A stretch of 63,972 nt of DNA, counting the filler, from Stramenopiles sp. TOSAG23-2 (lineage: Eukaryota): NCBI GenBank assembly GCA_900128395.1. It is 3 parts of 3 records of this genome, joined end to end, with 100 filler letters (N's around TTAATTAATTAA, not from the genome) between each part and the next. Parts side by side here need not be neighbours in the genome. Positions count along the whole stretch, not along the records: positions 22,839 to 45,567 come from LT649502.1; 2 more parts are not named here. One strand, written 5' to 3'. The notes beneath the pieces were generated by a model. It worked only from the letters and a program-made list of their open reading frames with translations. It had not been told where the DNA came from and made no database searches. Made by a program: the position numbers and the translations under genes. Shown piece by piece: positions 22,839 to 34,197 of the stretch (the stretch's first letter is position 1; each line of letters begins with the position of its first letter).

Positions 22839-23759
22839 GTAGTTGTCGAAGTACGAGAAAAAGATGGAAGTACAACCGAACATAATATTACAACTGGTGT
22901 ACGAACTAATTCGAAGACCGGTGTTGCACCAGACCTTAACTATAAATCAATAGTAAATAAAAAACGTACATTTTTTGAATTGTATTGTACCAAAGGATCT
23001 GTCTCAAATTATATCACTTTTGGAATATTGGTCATAGCATTGGTATTATACAGTAGTAATCCAAATGTTGTGGCTTTGCATTACCTTTTATCATTTGGCT
23101 TGTTTGGTTTTGCTGGTGGCTTTACCAATTGGCTTGCTGTGAAAATGCTTTTTGATAAAATAGGATGTGGTGGGATATATTTAATTGGTTCTGGAGTCAT
23201 TCCACGTCAATTTAAAGAAATCCGTGAAACTGTGAAAACTACGATTATGGCAACATTCTTTGATCAACAATATTTAGGTAAATATTTAAATGATCGTTCC
23301 AAAGGTCTTTTGGATAAAATCGATATTGAAAGTCGTATTAAAAAGATTGTAGATGATCCATCTACGGAAGAAATCATGGCAAAAAAATTACAAGAAATGG
23401 CAGCTACGCCACAAGGTGCATTTTTAGCAATGGTACCGGTAATGATGCCAGGTATGACAATGCGTTCAATTGCTGCTATGATGAAACCAGCACTTGCAGG
23501 CTTTGCAACGGAAATGGCAACAAAAATGAAAGATTCATTTGATATTACAGAATTTGTAAGCGTTGATAATGTGCGTGATGAGATTGATGAGTTAATGACT
23601 GAGAAGTTGAAAGAGTTGACACCACCAATTGTTAAACAGTTAATGGAAGATGTTATTCGAGAACATTTAGGATGGTTAATTATATGGGGTAATATATTTG
23701 GTGGTGGTTTAGGTATAATTAGTCAAGCATTGGGGTATGGAATTTCAGCCTCCGCGTAG
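22839..23759 (+). CDS. DUF445-like membrane protein (5' truncated at gap)
   Basis: GGFTNWLAVKMLF, GVIP and EHLGWLIIWGNIFGG motifs; frame open back to the gap. Confidence 0.8.
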   Translation, partial: VVVEVREKDGSTTEHNITTGVRTNSKTGVAPDLNYKSIVNKKRTFFELYCTKGSVSNYITFGILVIALVLYSSNPNVVALHYLLSFGLFGFAGGFTNWLAVKMLFDKIGCGGIYLIGSGVIPRQFKEIRETVKTTIMATFFDQQYLGKYLNDRSKGLLDKIDIESRIKKIVDDPSTEEIMAKKLQEMAATPQGAFLAMVPVMMPGMTMRSIAAMMKPALAGFATEMATKMKDSFDITEFVSVDNVRDEIDELMTEKLKELTPPIVKQLMEDVIREHLGWLIIWGNIFGGGLGIISQALGYGISASA

Positions 23760-24101
23760 AAATATTGAGAGAGTACTCTAGTACTAATATAAAATATTTT
23801 ATTTTTACGACAGCAGGAACTGTAATATATCCCTTTTATCGCCCTTTCATAATTTTTTAAAAAATAAAGTTAAAATTAAATTTAAATTATTATTTTTTTT
23901 AAAATTAATTCGCGTCGAAACACAAAATCTTTTTATAAAAAAATACTCTCTCTCTCTCTACCTCTCCACAACGCGACTAAAACCGCTTCGTGGTGTAAAA
24001 TTAAAAGAATACTATATATACTTCTGCTTTTCGTATATTTTTTTGACAATTGCCAAAATTTGGTTGTCAAAAAGCAAACACATTTTTCTTTTCTGTGTCT
24101 T

Positions 24102-25058
24102 TTAAATTTTTGCTTTACGTGCAGGTGTAACCAATCCTAATTTCATCAAGTTACTCATGCCACCACCACTTCCCATTTTCTTGCCATGTTTGTAACTCCA
24201 ATTTGGAAATTGGGTTTCACCACCAAAATCTGTTCCTTCATCCCATTTATTTGCAACATCTTCAATGGAAAATCCATTACGAACATCGGAATAGGCACCA
24301 CTTGTTCTTTGCCATCTTGTCTTTGCAAACCACCCCCCAGATGATTCAATGACAACTCCATTGTCTTCTGTATCCTCATGACATAAATATGCTACAATTG
24401 GTGAAACATAATCTGGTTTTAAGACTTTTACAAGCTCTTCAGGCATAACTGTTACTGTCATTCGACTGCCTGCACCTGGTGCAATTACATTACAATGAAT
24501 ATTTCTTTTTGCGCCTTCTTGTGCAAGTGTGTACGCAAAACCAACTTGGCTCATTTTGGCCATAGCATAATTTGATTGACCAAAATTGCCGTACATACCT
24601 GAAACACTTGTAGTCATAACAATTCTTCCATATCGTTGTTCGCGCATGTAAGGCCAAGCAGCTTTAGTAACTTTGTATGGTCCCATGACATGTACTTGAT
24701 AAACCAAATCCCAATCTTGTTGTGTCATTTTAGCAAATGAAATATCACGTAAAATACCAGCATTATTCACAATGATATCAATACGGCCCCACGTGTCAAT
24801 AGCAGTCTGAACAATTTTCTCTCCATCAACAACGGAATCATAATTAGCAACGGCTTCTCCACCAGCTGCTTTAATTTCTGCAACAACTTCATCTGCAGCT
24901 CTAGCAGAAGCACCTTTACCATCAAACGTACCACCTAAATCATTCACGACGACTTTTGCCCCGCGTGATGCAAATAACATTGCATGAGCTTTTCCCAATC
25001 CTGCACCAGCGCCTGTAATAATTGCTACGCGGCCATCATATCTATATTTTTGTGCCAT
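24102..25058 (-). CDS. Peroxisomal (3R)-hydroxyacyl-CoA dehydrogenase, stand-alone SDR domain of HSD17B4/MFE-2 type; C-terminal AKI
   Basis: TGAGAGLG, KVVVNDLGG, NNAGILRD and GNFGQSNYAMAK motifs. Confidence 0.92.
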   Translation of the reverse strand: MAQKYRYDGRVAIITGAGAGLGKAHAMLFASRGAKVVVNDLGGTFDGKGASARAADEVVAEIKAAGGEAVANYDSVVDGEKIVQTAIDTWGRIDIIVNNAGILRDISFAKMTQQDWDLVYQVHVMGPYKVTKAAWPYMREQRYGRIVMTTSVSGMYGNFGQSNYAMAKMSQVGFAYTLAQEGAKRNIHCNVIAPGAGSRMTVTVMPEELVKVLKPDYVSPIVAYLCHEDTEDNGVVIESSGGWFAKTRWQRTSGAYSDVRNGFSIEDVANKWDEGTDFGGETQFPNWSYKHGKKMGSGGGMSNLMKLGLVTPARKAKI

Positions 25059-25569
25059 TATTTCAAAAAAATAATTTATATAAATAACTTTTATTTTTTG
25101 TGTATAAGAATTTGATTAATAATAATAATGATAATAAAATTCTTCTTGTTCTATTGTTTTTCTTTTCATCTTGTTACAAAAATAGGAAATGTAACTTTAA
25201 CTTCAATTATGAATTATGATAGTATATCTTTTGATCTCTTTTTTTTCACCATTATTAATAGTAGGTAGGACATATACCACCACCAGATTAAGGTGGTATA
25301 ATAGTGTCATTTATACGGGAAAAAAAGGAAAAAACATTTAATTATATCTCTAAAAAATCTACTAAAAAGTATCAATAACAAAATTGTTAAAAACATATTT
25401 GTAACACCATATACTACGTATATCTATACACACGCACTCTATACGAAAATAAATTTCAAAGCAATATTTTTAAATATGTCGTGTCTTGTTCTTGTTAAAT
25501 CTATTATTGTTGATTTTTTTTTGTCAACATTTTCATGATAATATTAATATTTGCACCAATTTCTTTAAT

Positions 25570-26040
25570 GTCGCGGCATTGATTCCACCACCACCATATG
25601 TATTAGACATGGAAAAGAAAGATCATGTATTGCAAATTATGGTAATGATAATCAAGCTAAGTGACGTGTCCCATCCAGCTCGAAATTTTGAGACGCATTA
25701 CAAATGGTCTCAACGTTGCGTTGAAGAATTTTATTTGCAAGGAGATAAAGAAAAATCTGTTTTGGAAAAAGAACCTTTAGGTTTCATGGATCGGGAGAAA
25801 GATTATTTGCCTAAATCCCAATGGGGATTCATTAAATTTGTTGTTGTTCCGATGTATGCGACGATAAAACCAATCATGCCATTATTACATGAGCAAATGT
25901 ATAAAAATATTGATAATAATATCAATGCATGGAATAAATATAGTGAAAAAAAAGCAGATGTTAAAGTAGATATTAAAAACTTCAACCTGTTGGAGGCAGA
26001 CAAGTACAATCCAGATGTTATAATGGCACCACCGCTTTGA
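25570..26040 (+). CDS. Class I cyclic nucleotide phosphodiesterase, C-terminal catalytic fragment (5' part missing; start approximate)
   Basis: IKLSDVSHPAR, W...EEFYLQGDKEK and SQWGFI motifs; the N-terminal HD metal motifs are absent. Confidence 0.8.
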   Translation, partial: VAALIPPPPYVLDMEKKDHVLQIMVMIIKLSDVSHPARNFETHYKWSQRCVEEFYLQGDKEKSVLEKEPLGFMDREKDYLPKSQWGFIKFVVVPMYATIKPIMPLLHEQMYKNIDNNINAWNKYSEKKADVKVDIKNFNLLEADKYNPDVIMAPPL

Positions 26041-26135
26041 GATGACAAAAATTGAAAATTTGACCCAAATTTTTATATACACTCTTATATAATAATTTTG
26101 ATATCTCATATATTATGATATGATACATTTCTTTT

Positions 26136-26316
26136 TTACAACTTGTTTTGTCGTAATCCTAAACTACCAATGCCAGCTGGTGCAGCTTTACCACCTCGTC
26201 TTGCTTTTGCAACAACATCTCGGAGTGTAAATGCTTTGTTCAGCTCCTCTTAAGTTGAATTTGGACCAAGCTCACCAACACGAATATATTGTCCATGATC
26301 TTGAAAAAGAAAACTC
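26136..26316 (-). pseudogene. Short coding-like fragment with an internal stop, ending QNKL
   Basis: Reads SFLFQDHGQYIRVGELGPNST*EELNKAFTLRDVVAKARRGGKAAPAGIGSLGLRQNKL*; GC higher than the flanks. Confidence 0.35.
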
Positions 26317-26356
26317 TCTAAAATTCACGCATTATCATTCACAATCAATTTTAATT

Positions 26357-26392
<36 letters not shown>

Positions 26393-26493
26393 TACGAGTA
26401 AAATTTAAAAAAATATTTTAATATATGTGAAAATAATTGATATTTTTTTATACAGTATATCATGATTTTGTCATGTACACACACAACAGAAAA

Positions 26494-28608
26494 TTATTGA
26501 CCACCACAACTAATTTTCAAACCAACATCTTCTACCATTTCCAATGATGAAAGATCTCTTCTTATTGTCGTCATCTTCTCGGGGTCTTTCTTGTTTTTCT
26601 GTTTCAATGTCATTCGTTGCAACTCATCATCAATACTCCATGTATTCACATCATATGGCTTCTTTAAAATATTAATTACGTTTAAATAATCAATATCATT
26701 TTTGTTTTGAACCATGTCTTGAATAATTCGTCTTACAGGACCAGTACGTAATATATATCTTGGATTCTGTCGTCTAACTCGTGTACGCCATTTATTTAAT
26801 ATTTCAGGGTGATTTATTAAATGTTTATGTAAAAATTCTAAAAATGATTTTAAATCACGTTTTCCTATCGCAGAAGCTCCAGTAACCGTTGTAAATTTAT
26901 TTAAGATATCTTTTTTCACATCATCGTCATCAATAATATTAAATTTGAAAATGTCAACTTCTGCTAATAATCGAGATGCCCTTGTATAATCAGCTTTTCC
27001 AAATTTTAACCATCTTCTCCATAATTTAATAAACATATCTTGTTCTCCCATCATAGATTGCATTGAATTTAAACCTAAACGAATTGCCATTTGTTGTGCA
27101 TAACATCTTTTGTAAATTTTTTGATATAAAATTATGTTTTCATTGTTATCGTAAGTATTTGAATAACTTTTTTCACCTCCAGGTCTTTCAACATTACCTT
27201 TTAAGTTTATTATGTCAATTAATCGTTCTAAATTCCATCGTCCAATTTTATATTGTGCACCATATTTATATCGATTCTCTTCATCAATATGATTGCTACT
27301 CCAATTTAAATTAAAGTTTTGAAGCCATCCAAATACATTTAAATCAATTGTTAAACCAATCAATGATATATTATCAGTATTCATAACACCATGAACAAAT
27401 CCATTGGCATTCCATGCTGCTATTAATGAAGCCAATCGTTTAGAAAATTTACGTAATAAACATGTTAAAACCTCATTATTTTCCATGCTTTTATAATCAT
27501 TTGCACATGAAGAAGAAGAAGAAGATCTTCGTTGTTGAAAGAAACATGTTGATTTATCTTCAGAAGATATATATTGAAGAGCATCATGTACATTATCATA
27601 CTCAACTATATTTCTTTTTTCTAATTCTGATATTTTTTTCAATGCATATCTTGCAATATCTACAACTCCATTTATTCCTTGTTTTTCATATGCAATTTGC
27701 AAACTGCCAAGACGTAAAAAAGATGGTGAAACTCTTAATATAATACCTGGTGGTACCACTTTATTTTTATTATCATAATATTCATCACGAAAAATTCCAT
27801 CATCCGTATTGTCAAGTATTGTGCCAATCAACGCCAACGAAGTTACTGTTGGGATTTTAATTGAATTCAATGCAATACCACCTAAATATTCTCGTGCAAC
27901 TGATTGAAAAACAGCACGGCCATCACCACTTCTAGAATAGGGTGTTCTTCCACCCCCTTTAATACTTAATTCATATGTTGTTTTCGTTGAAGTGTCAACA
28001 CCAACAATTTCTCCAATAGATATTGCTCTGCCATCACCCAATTGTCCGGCCCAATTTCCAAATTGATGTCCGCCATAATTATGACAAAAAGATTTCGTAG
28101 CATCAATTGTAACTTCTCCGATTATTTCATTTTTCAAAGCGTCCATGTCTAGTATAGTTGGATCATAGTCCGGAAAAATTTTATTTGCAACATTATCATC
28201 AATATCAATAATTCTAAATTGATGCGGGTTAATAAATGGTAATGGATGCAAATGTGTTATAGTTGCATTTGTTTGTCTCGAATGCCTTGTATGAATTGGA
28301 TCTATTTGCACAAAGTTAAATATTTCATTTGAATAATTTAATGACGCTAATGAAACTCTGTCTAAATTTTTTTTTTCGTTTTTCTTTTTATTACAAAGTT
28401 TTCCAAATATACATAAACATTTACCACTGCCATATGGACCTTCATCACATTCAAGATGTTTTGAATCTTGACAATTACATTTATTATTACATAATGGTCC
28501 ATAATAATGTTTTGCACAATACGTATAACGTGGTGGTATCCTTTCTGATTTGCTCAGTGATATGAAACATAATAGTAATAGGAAATTGATAGTTAATGGT
28601 GCAAACAT
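26494..28608 (-). CDS. SelO/YdiU-family AMPylase with an N-terminal signal peptide and EGF-like Cys-rich module
   Basis: YGGHQFG, GQLGDGRA, KGGGRTPYSRSGDGRA, GFVHGVMNTDN and NPRYILR motifs; ends ISCGGQ (Cys, no TGA). Confidence 0.9.
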   Translation of the reverse strand: MFAPLTINFLLLLCFISLSKSERIPPRYTYCAKHYYGPLCNNKCNCQDSKHLECDEGPYGSGKCLCIFGKLCNKKKNEKKNLDRVSLASLNYSNEIFNFVQIDPIHTRHSRQTNATITHLHPLPFINPHQFRIIDIDDNVANKIFPDYDPTILDMDALKNEIIGEVTIDATKSFCHNYGGHQFGNWAGQLGDGRAISIGEIVGVDTSTKTTYELSIKGGGRTPYSRSGDGRAVFQSVAREYLGGIALNSIKIPTVTSLALIGTILDNTDDGIFRDEYYDNKNKVVPPGIILRVSPSFLRLGSLQIAYEKQGINGVVDIARYALKKISELEKRNIVEYDNVHDALQYISSEDKSTCFFQQRRSSSSSSCANDYKSMENNEVLTCLLRKFSKRLASLIAAWNANGFVHGVMNTDNISLIGLTIDLNVFGWLQNFNLNWSSNHIDEENRYKYGAQYKIGRWNLERLIDIINLKGNVERPGGEKSYSNTYDNNENIILYQKIYKRCYAQQMAIRLGLNSMQSMMGEQDMFIKLWRRWLKFGKADYTRASRLLAEVDIFKFNIIDDDDVKKDILNKFTTVTGASAIGKRDLKSFLEFLHKHLINHPEILNKWRTRVRRQNPRYILRTGPVRRIIQDMVQNKNDIDYLNVINILKKPYDVNTWSIDDELQRMTLKQKNKKDPEKMTTIRRDLSSLEMVEDVGLKISCGGQ

Positions 28609-28974
28609 TGTATAAATTCAACTGAAACGAATACGATATAGTAGTTTTTTACATGTTAATACACATTTGGATTGTTTCACAATGGATGAATTATTAAAAT
28701 ATGATATATATATATAATAACAAGACGGTGCAGACGAGTAAAAATTTTGCTAAATATATATAATTTATACATGTAATACATTTAGTTTGTATTTAATTTT
28801 TTCGTTCATCATCTCATAAAAAAAATTTAAAAATTAACACTGCACACTATTGAATATTAATATATGTGGTTTACCCACCTTTCATTTCTTCAGCATTTTT
28901 ATGATTGCTTCGTTCTTAGAATAACCAGAGAAAAGTGATAAAGTGATAACATATATTCGTAGAAGTAAGATCAA

Positions 28975-29009
<35 letters not shown>

Positions 29010-29103
29010 CATTCCATTCTATTCTTTAATTATATTGTTTTTAACAAGACAATTTTTGTTTTGTGCTTTTTTGTGTCTTGAGGTACAACTATAATATATT
29101 AAA

Positions 29104-31251
29104 ATGTTGACACGTTCATTAGGTACTGGTAAATTAGCGAAAGAGAGGTTAATTGTATTAGTTATAACATTTTTCTCTTATATGTGTTTTCATGCAAGTC
29201 GAATTCCACCATCAATTACCAAAGGTGTATTGCATCCACATAGTGAATCTGCAGATAGTCTTGGTTCATATAATCCGCGTACAAATCCAGGCTGGCTGCC
29301 ATTTTCACAGGACTTGGTTCCAGATGTTGTGGCAAAATCTGGTTATGTTGTCTCTAACTCCGATATATGTCAATTAGAAAGAGCAGGTAAATTTTCTTGT
29401 ACAAAAATTAAACATGGCAAAGCCGATGGTGCAAAAGATTGGTGTAGTCGTTACGTTTCTGAAGATGGAAAATTTTGTTTAAAAGTTGATGATCAGCCAG
29501 ATGGAAAATATGCAAAACAAGATTGTGGCACAGCCAATTCTTCTACCTGTTGGGTTATATATGGTATACGTGCAAATTTAACGAAGGAGGAACGGAAAAG
29601 GTTTTGTACGACGGAGAAAGATAATGATAATAATGAAAATGCTTTTAATTCCCTATCGACAAAGAAAACTGCTGTTGATGGTTGTGTCTTATATGTACAA
29701 GCTGGTGGGTATCATTTACCTGCAGAGGTAGATTCGGATACGGTAGCATGGCATTCGGTACAAGCAAAATATGGCAAACCACCAGATATTATACCAGCTG
29801 TTACAGATGGAAAAGTATTATTAGGCTCTTTAATGACTGTATATTTATTATTTTACGCGTTTGGAATGTTTGCGGCAGGACATATAGCAGATAATGTAAG
29901 TTTGCGATTGTTTTTATCAATTGGTTTGCTTGGTTCAGGAATATTAATTGCCGGTATTGGTTTTGCCAAAATATTAGATCAACATGATTTATTATATTTT
30001 TATGTAATATATGGTGTACAAGGTTTGTTTCAAAGTATTGGATGGCCAACCGTCGTAGCAATCATGGGAAATTGGTTTCAAGGCGATACGAGAGGTTTTA
30101 TTATGACCGTATGGAATTCACATACATCAGTTGGAAATATGGTTGGTAAAGCATTAAGTTCATATGCATTGTCAATTCCAGGTGGGGATACATTAAATCA
30201 AGGTAATAATTGGCCTGCAACATTTTTCGCATGTGCTATTTTAATTTCCACAATGAGTGTTTTCGTTTTTTGTTTTTTGAAAGAATCACCATCAGATGCA
30301 GGTATTACTCTTGAAGATTATGAAAATGATACTAGTAATAACAATGCAACAACATCTTTATTGACAGAACCTTTGGACAAAGGTGTTGATAATAATAATA
30401 ATAAAATCAAGAGTAATGAGGTAGGATATGGCTCCGTTTCACTACCACTGGGGGTAGTCGAAGAGACCAATGCTGCTGCTGCTGCTGAGAATAAGGAAGC
30501 AACTGGTATTTTAAGAGCATTAGCAATACCAGGTGTAATTGAATTTGCATTAAGTTTATTTTTTTGTAAATTTGTTGCATATACGTTCATATATTGGCTG
30601 CCGTATTATCTAGGACACATAGGGTTTCCAGCAGAAACTGCTGGTTACTTATCTATATTTTTTGATTTAGGTGGTATTCCAGGTGGAATTATGGCTGGTG
30701 TCATTTCAGATAGATTAAGAACGCGTGGAATTGTTATTTTTGTATATTTAGCTTTGACAATTCCAGCGTTATATACTTATAGAGAGATTACAGAAGCATT
30801 AGGTCCAAGTGGCGTTTGGTTACATTTTGTATTGATGTTATTGTTGGGTGCCTTGGTAAATGGACCGTATGCACTTATAACGACCGCCGTCTCTGCTGAT
30901 CTTGGACAACATAAATCACTAAAAGGTTCAAAAGCATTAATGGCAACAGTTGCAGGTATTATTGATGGGACTGGATCCGTCGGTGCTGCTGCGCAAGGCC
31001 TTGTAATTGGATGGTTGAGTTCCAGTTGTCAAGGATGGAATGCAGTATTTGGTGCACTCGGTTTTTGTAGTGCTTGTTCTGCAATTTGTTTAGCAAGAAT
31101 GTTATGGGCCGATTTTGAACCAAAAAAAATTACATTATATAAAGTTGTTGTAATAAGCGTCATTATTTTATTAATTGGTGCTGCCATTTACAATGGATAT
31201 GGTATCATTGAAGATTGTGGTGTCCAAGATGCACAATGTCTTGGAAGTTAG
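29104..31251 (+). CDS. MFS sugar-phosphate exchanger / glycerol-3-phosphate transporter (SLC37-like) with a large Cys-rich loop
   Basis: YMCFHASR, QSIGWP...NWF, WNSHTSVGN, YTFIYWLPYY, GPYALITTAVSADLG and IIDGTGSVGAA motifs. Confidence 0.92.
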   Translation: MLTRSLGTGKLAKERLIVLVITFFSYMCFHASRIPPSITKGVLHPHSESADSLGSYNPRTNPGWLPFSQDLVPDVVAKSGYVVSNSDICQLERAGKFSCTKIKHGKADGAKDWCSRYVSEDGKFCLKVDDQPDGKYAKQDCGTANSSTCWVIYGIRANLTKEERKRFCTTEKDNDNNENAFNSLSTKKTAVDGCVLYVQAGGYHLPAEVDSDTVAWHSVQAKYGKPPDIIPAVTDGKVLLGSLMTVYLLFYAFGMFAAGHIADNVSLRLFLSIGLLGSGILIAGIGFAKILDQHDLLYFYVIYGVQGLFQSIGWPTVVAIMGNWFQGDTRGFIMTVWNSHTSVGNMVGKALSSYALSIPGGDTLNQGNNWPATFFACAILISTMSVFVFCFLKESPSDAGITLEDYENDTSNNNATTSLLTEPLDKGVDNNNNKIKSNEVGYGSVSLPLGVVEETNAAAAAENKEATGILRALAIPGVIEFALSLFFCKFVAYTFIYWLPYYLGHIGFPAETAGYLSIFFDLGGIPGGIMAGVISDRLRTRGIVIFVYLALTIPALYTYREITEALGPSGVWLHFVLMLLLGALVNGPYALITTAVSADLGQHKSLKGSKALMATVAGIIDGTGSVGAAAQGLVIGWLSSSCQGWNAVFGALGFCSACSAICLARMLWADFEPKKITLYKVVVISVIILLIGAAIYNGYGIIEDCGVQDAQCLGS

Positions 31252-31743
31252 AGTGGAGTGTGGTGTATAACGCCAATAATGTGTCAAAAAACTACGTAAA
31301 AAATATCATCTTCCGTGTATTTTTTTATTATTTTACGTATTATATGTTAACCTGGTTAACAGACTGTTTCTTCGACTGTTTAAAAGATTTTGATAAAATT
31401 ATATACGTAGTATTCTCGACACTAATAGTTATTAAATACGAACGTAAAATATTATATTAAGAAGAAGCTTAGGAAAAATAAATTATAGTAAATACGTTGT
31501 TATACACAAACATACGTCGTATATATGATGTGTTTAATCAATACCCCTCCCGGTATAAAATAATTTTAATCTAGATTAATCTCTATCTATCTATCTACCT
31601 AACTAAGTATTAATACAATCCTGACTTACTTTCCCCATATTAACCGTCCATTTTTGTGATATTGATATTTATTTCATTACCGGATGAAAAATATGTAACT
31701 CGTATTATATTTACTTCACCACAACTGGATTCAATGCTTCACA

Positions 31744-32182
31744 CTAACTTTCCCCATTACCTTCCATTATCATTGATGTTTCTTTGACAACATTATCATC
31801 CATAATATCAGTACCAGATGATGATATTGCTTCAACAACTGGATTCAATGCACGTCGTAACATACTTTCCAAAATTGCATTACGTGCTTTTGCACGTTTT
31901 AAATTGCTTTCTAATTTTTCATTTGTTGTTTCTAATTCTTGAATTCTAGCACTTAATGTAGATATCAATTCAATATTTGTACGATTGTTTTTTATTACAA
32001 TATTTTGCAAAAGTTCATTTTCAGCAGTTTTATCTACAAGATTAATATCATCATGTTTTGTTGCATTACTTTCTATTAATAATTTTAAATTATTGTTTAA
32101 TAATGTCTCTCCTATATTCTTATCACTTGATGATGGACTTTGAAACAATCCATTATTGTTAATGCCATTAGAAGTATTATTA

Positions 32183-32218
<36 letters not shown>

Positions 32219-33639
32219 TGTGCTTTATGAGGTGTTACAGGAAATGGTCCATGATGATCTCTATCTAATATTTTCATAACAGCATGTCTATCTTGTCGGG
32301 CTAATATAATAGTACGTCCTTCCCCAGCATCAATATTTTCAACAGCAGTTGATTTTTCTGTGAAAGTCACTTTCGTAAATGTTTTCTTTATTTTTGCACT
32401 TTCGTGTCGTAAGCCACATACATACAATTCAGCAATTTCCGTAATAACGCATGTATGCTGTTCACCACATTTTATACGACATGCTGAATCCATTCCAATA
32501 ACACGTCTAGGTGATAATACATTTCCATTGATATTTAAATGTCCTAAACGTCCTTGTGCACTTTGACCCCATGTGTATACATCACCACTTGATAACACGG
32601 CTGCGCTATGTTGACCACCAGCTGCTATATGTACCACATAGTCCCCTTCGCCTAAAGATGAAAAAAAAGATATAGGCAATGGTCTCGATTGTGATTTTTC
32701 ATTACCATGTCCGAGTTTCCCAAATGAACCTCCGCCCCAAGAATATACAGATGGTGGCATACCAAGTTTACCTGTAACAATTGCAAGAGTATGGTGTCCG
32801 CCAGCACTTATTTCCTTCGCAGGTGGGCTTATGTAACTATTTCTATTAGTAGTAGTAGTATCATTATTATCGTTTGCATTATTATTATTATTATTACTAT
32901 TATTATTATCATGAGTATTATGCTTATTGCTGTTGTTACTATTGTTATTGTTGTTGTTGTTCATATTATTACTACCAATGTTGTTGTTATTATTATTATT
33001 GTTATTAATAGAATTACTACTATTATTGCTATCGTTGCTATTGTTATTGTTTGCATTCCTCTTGTTATTATTCGATGAATTGAAAAAGCCATTATCATGA
33101 AATTCTACTTCTAACGGTGCGCTTTGATCTAAATCATTTCCAATACCTAAGCGTCCTTCAGCACCTAAACCCCATGTATATGCAAGTCCACTTCGTGTTA
33201 AAGCAACTGTATGATATCCACCACAACTTACATCTAAAATTGGTATAGTTGATAGACTTTGTACTTTACCAGGTCTATCATGTCTACCGTTGCGTCCTAA
33301 TCTACCATTTTGTGGGCAGCCCCACGTATATAATATCCCATTTTCCGTCAAAGCAGCTGTATGTGCCTCCCCACATGATACCGATATTATTTTTATTGAC
33401 TTACCAAAGGAAGATGATACAATACGTGGTATATTTGGTTCATCCGTTGTTTTATATCCAAGTTGTCCATTTCGATTGACTCCCCATGTATATATTTCCC
33501 CAGTGCTAACAACTGCAGCATAGTGTCCACCACCTACTGCAATTGAGATGCATTCTTTACCATGAAAAGACGATACAATTCGTTGTGGGGATGGAACATT
33601 TTTTTCCCATACAAGCACTTGTGATTGTCTTGCTCCCAT
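31744..33639 (-). CDS. RCC1-repeat protein with Asn-rich inserts and a C-terminal coiled coil
   Basis: Repeated SCGxxHT...YTWG...GRLG units; MGARQS is a possible myristoylation site. Confidence 0.9.
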
Positions 33640-34197
33640 AATTAGGTTATTATTAATTAATTAAATAAATATTTACAAACAATAACAACCAAAAAAAATA
33701 TTTTAAAAATAAAGTATTAGAAAAAAAAAAAAAACAATGACAAAAAATTTACACAATCCAATATTTTATTGATTAATCTATAATAATAATTATAATACAA
33801 TACAATGACAAATTTAAAATATTATAGGAGATGATATGAACTATTCTTTCTTCCCGAAACAACACCTGTAAATATATTACACCTTAAATAATCTCATTTT
33901 TTTTTTTGATGATTTTATTATATTACCAGATTACTGTATTATAAAAAATTTTCAAAAAATTATTATTATTCACTAAAATATATATTCTATAATTTGAATA
34001 TTTTTTTTGTTATCTTTGGTTTTTTGTGTTGTTGTTGTATGATACCTATTTCTGTTGTTAAATTACGATTGAATCAAGTGTGTGTGTGTGTGTGTGTGTG
34101 CATATATATATTATATATACACTTTTTGTATATTTTTATTATTGTTTTTTTTTTTTTGGCTGTGAACCATTTTTGATAAAAGTTACGTCATAATAAA

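Noticed and set aside
26494-26510. Possible selenocysteine in the SelO homologue
   Set aside because: The C-terminal redox position is TGT (Cys) and the stop is TAA; no in-frame TGA.
32860-33075. (AAT)n/(AAC)n tracts in coding regions and (AT)n tracts in spacers
   Set aside because: Ordinary slippage microsatellites giving poly-Asn, common in AT-rich protist genomes.
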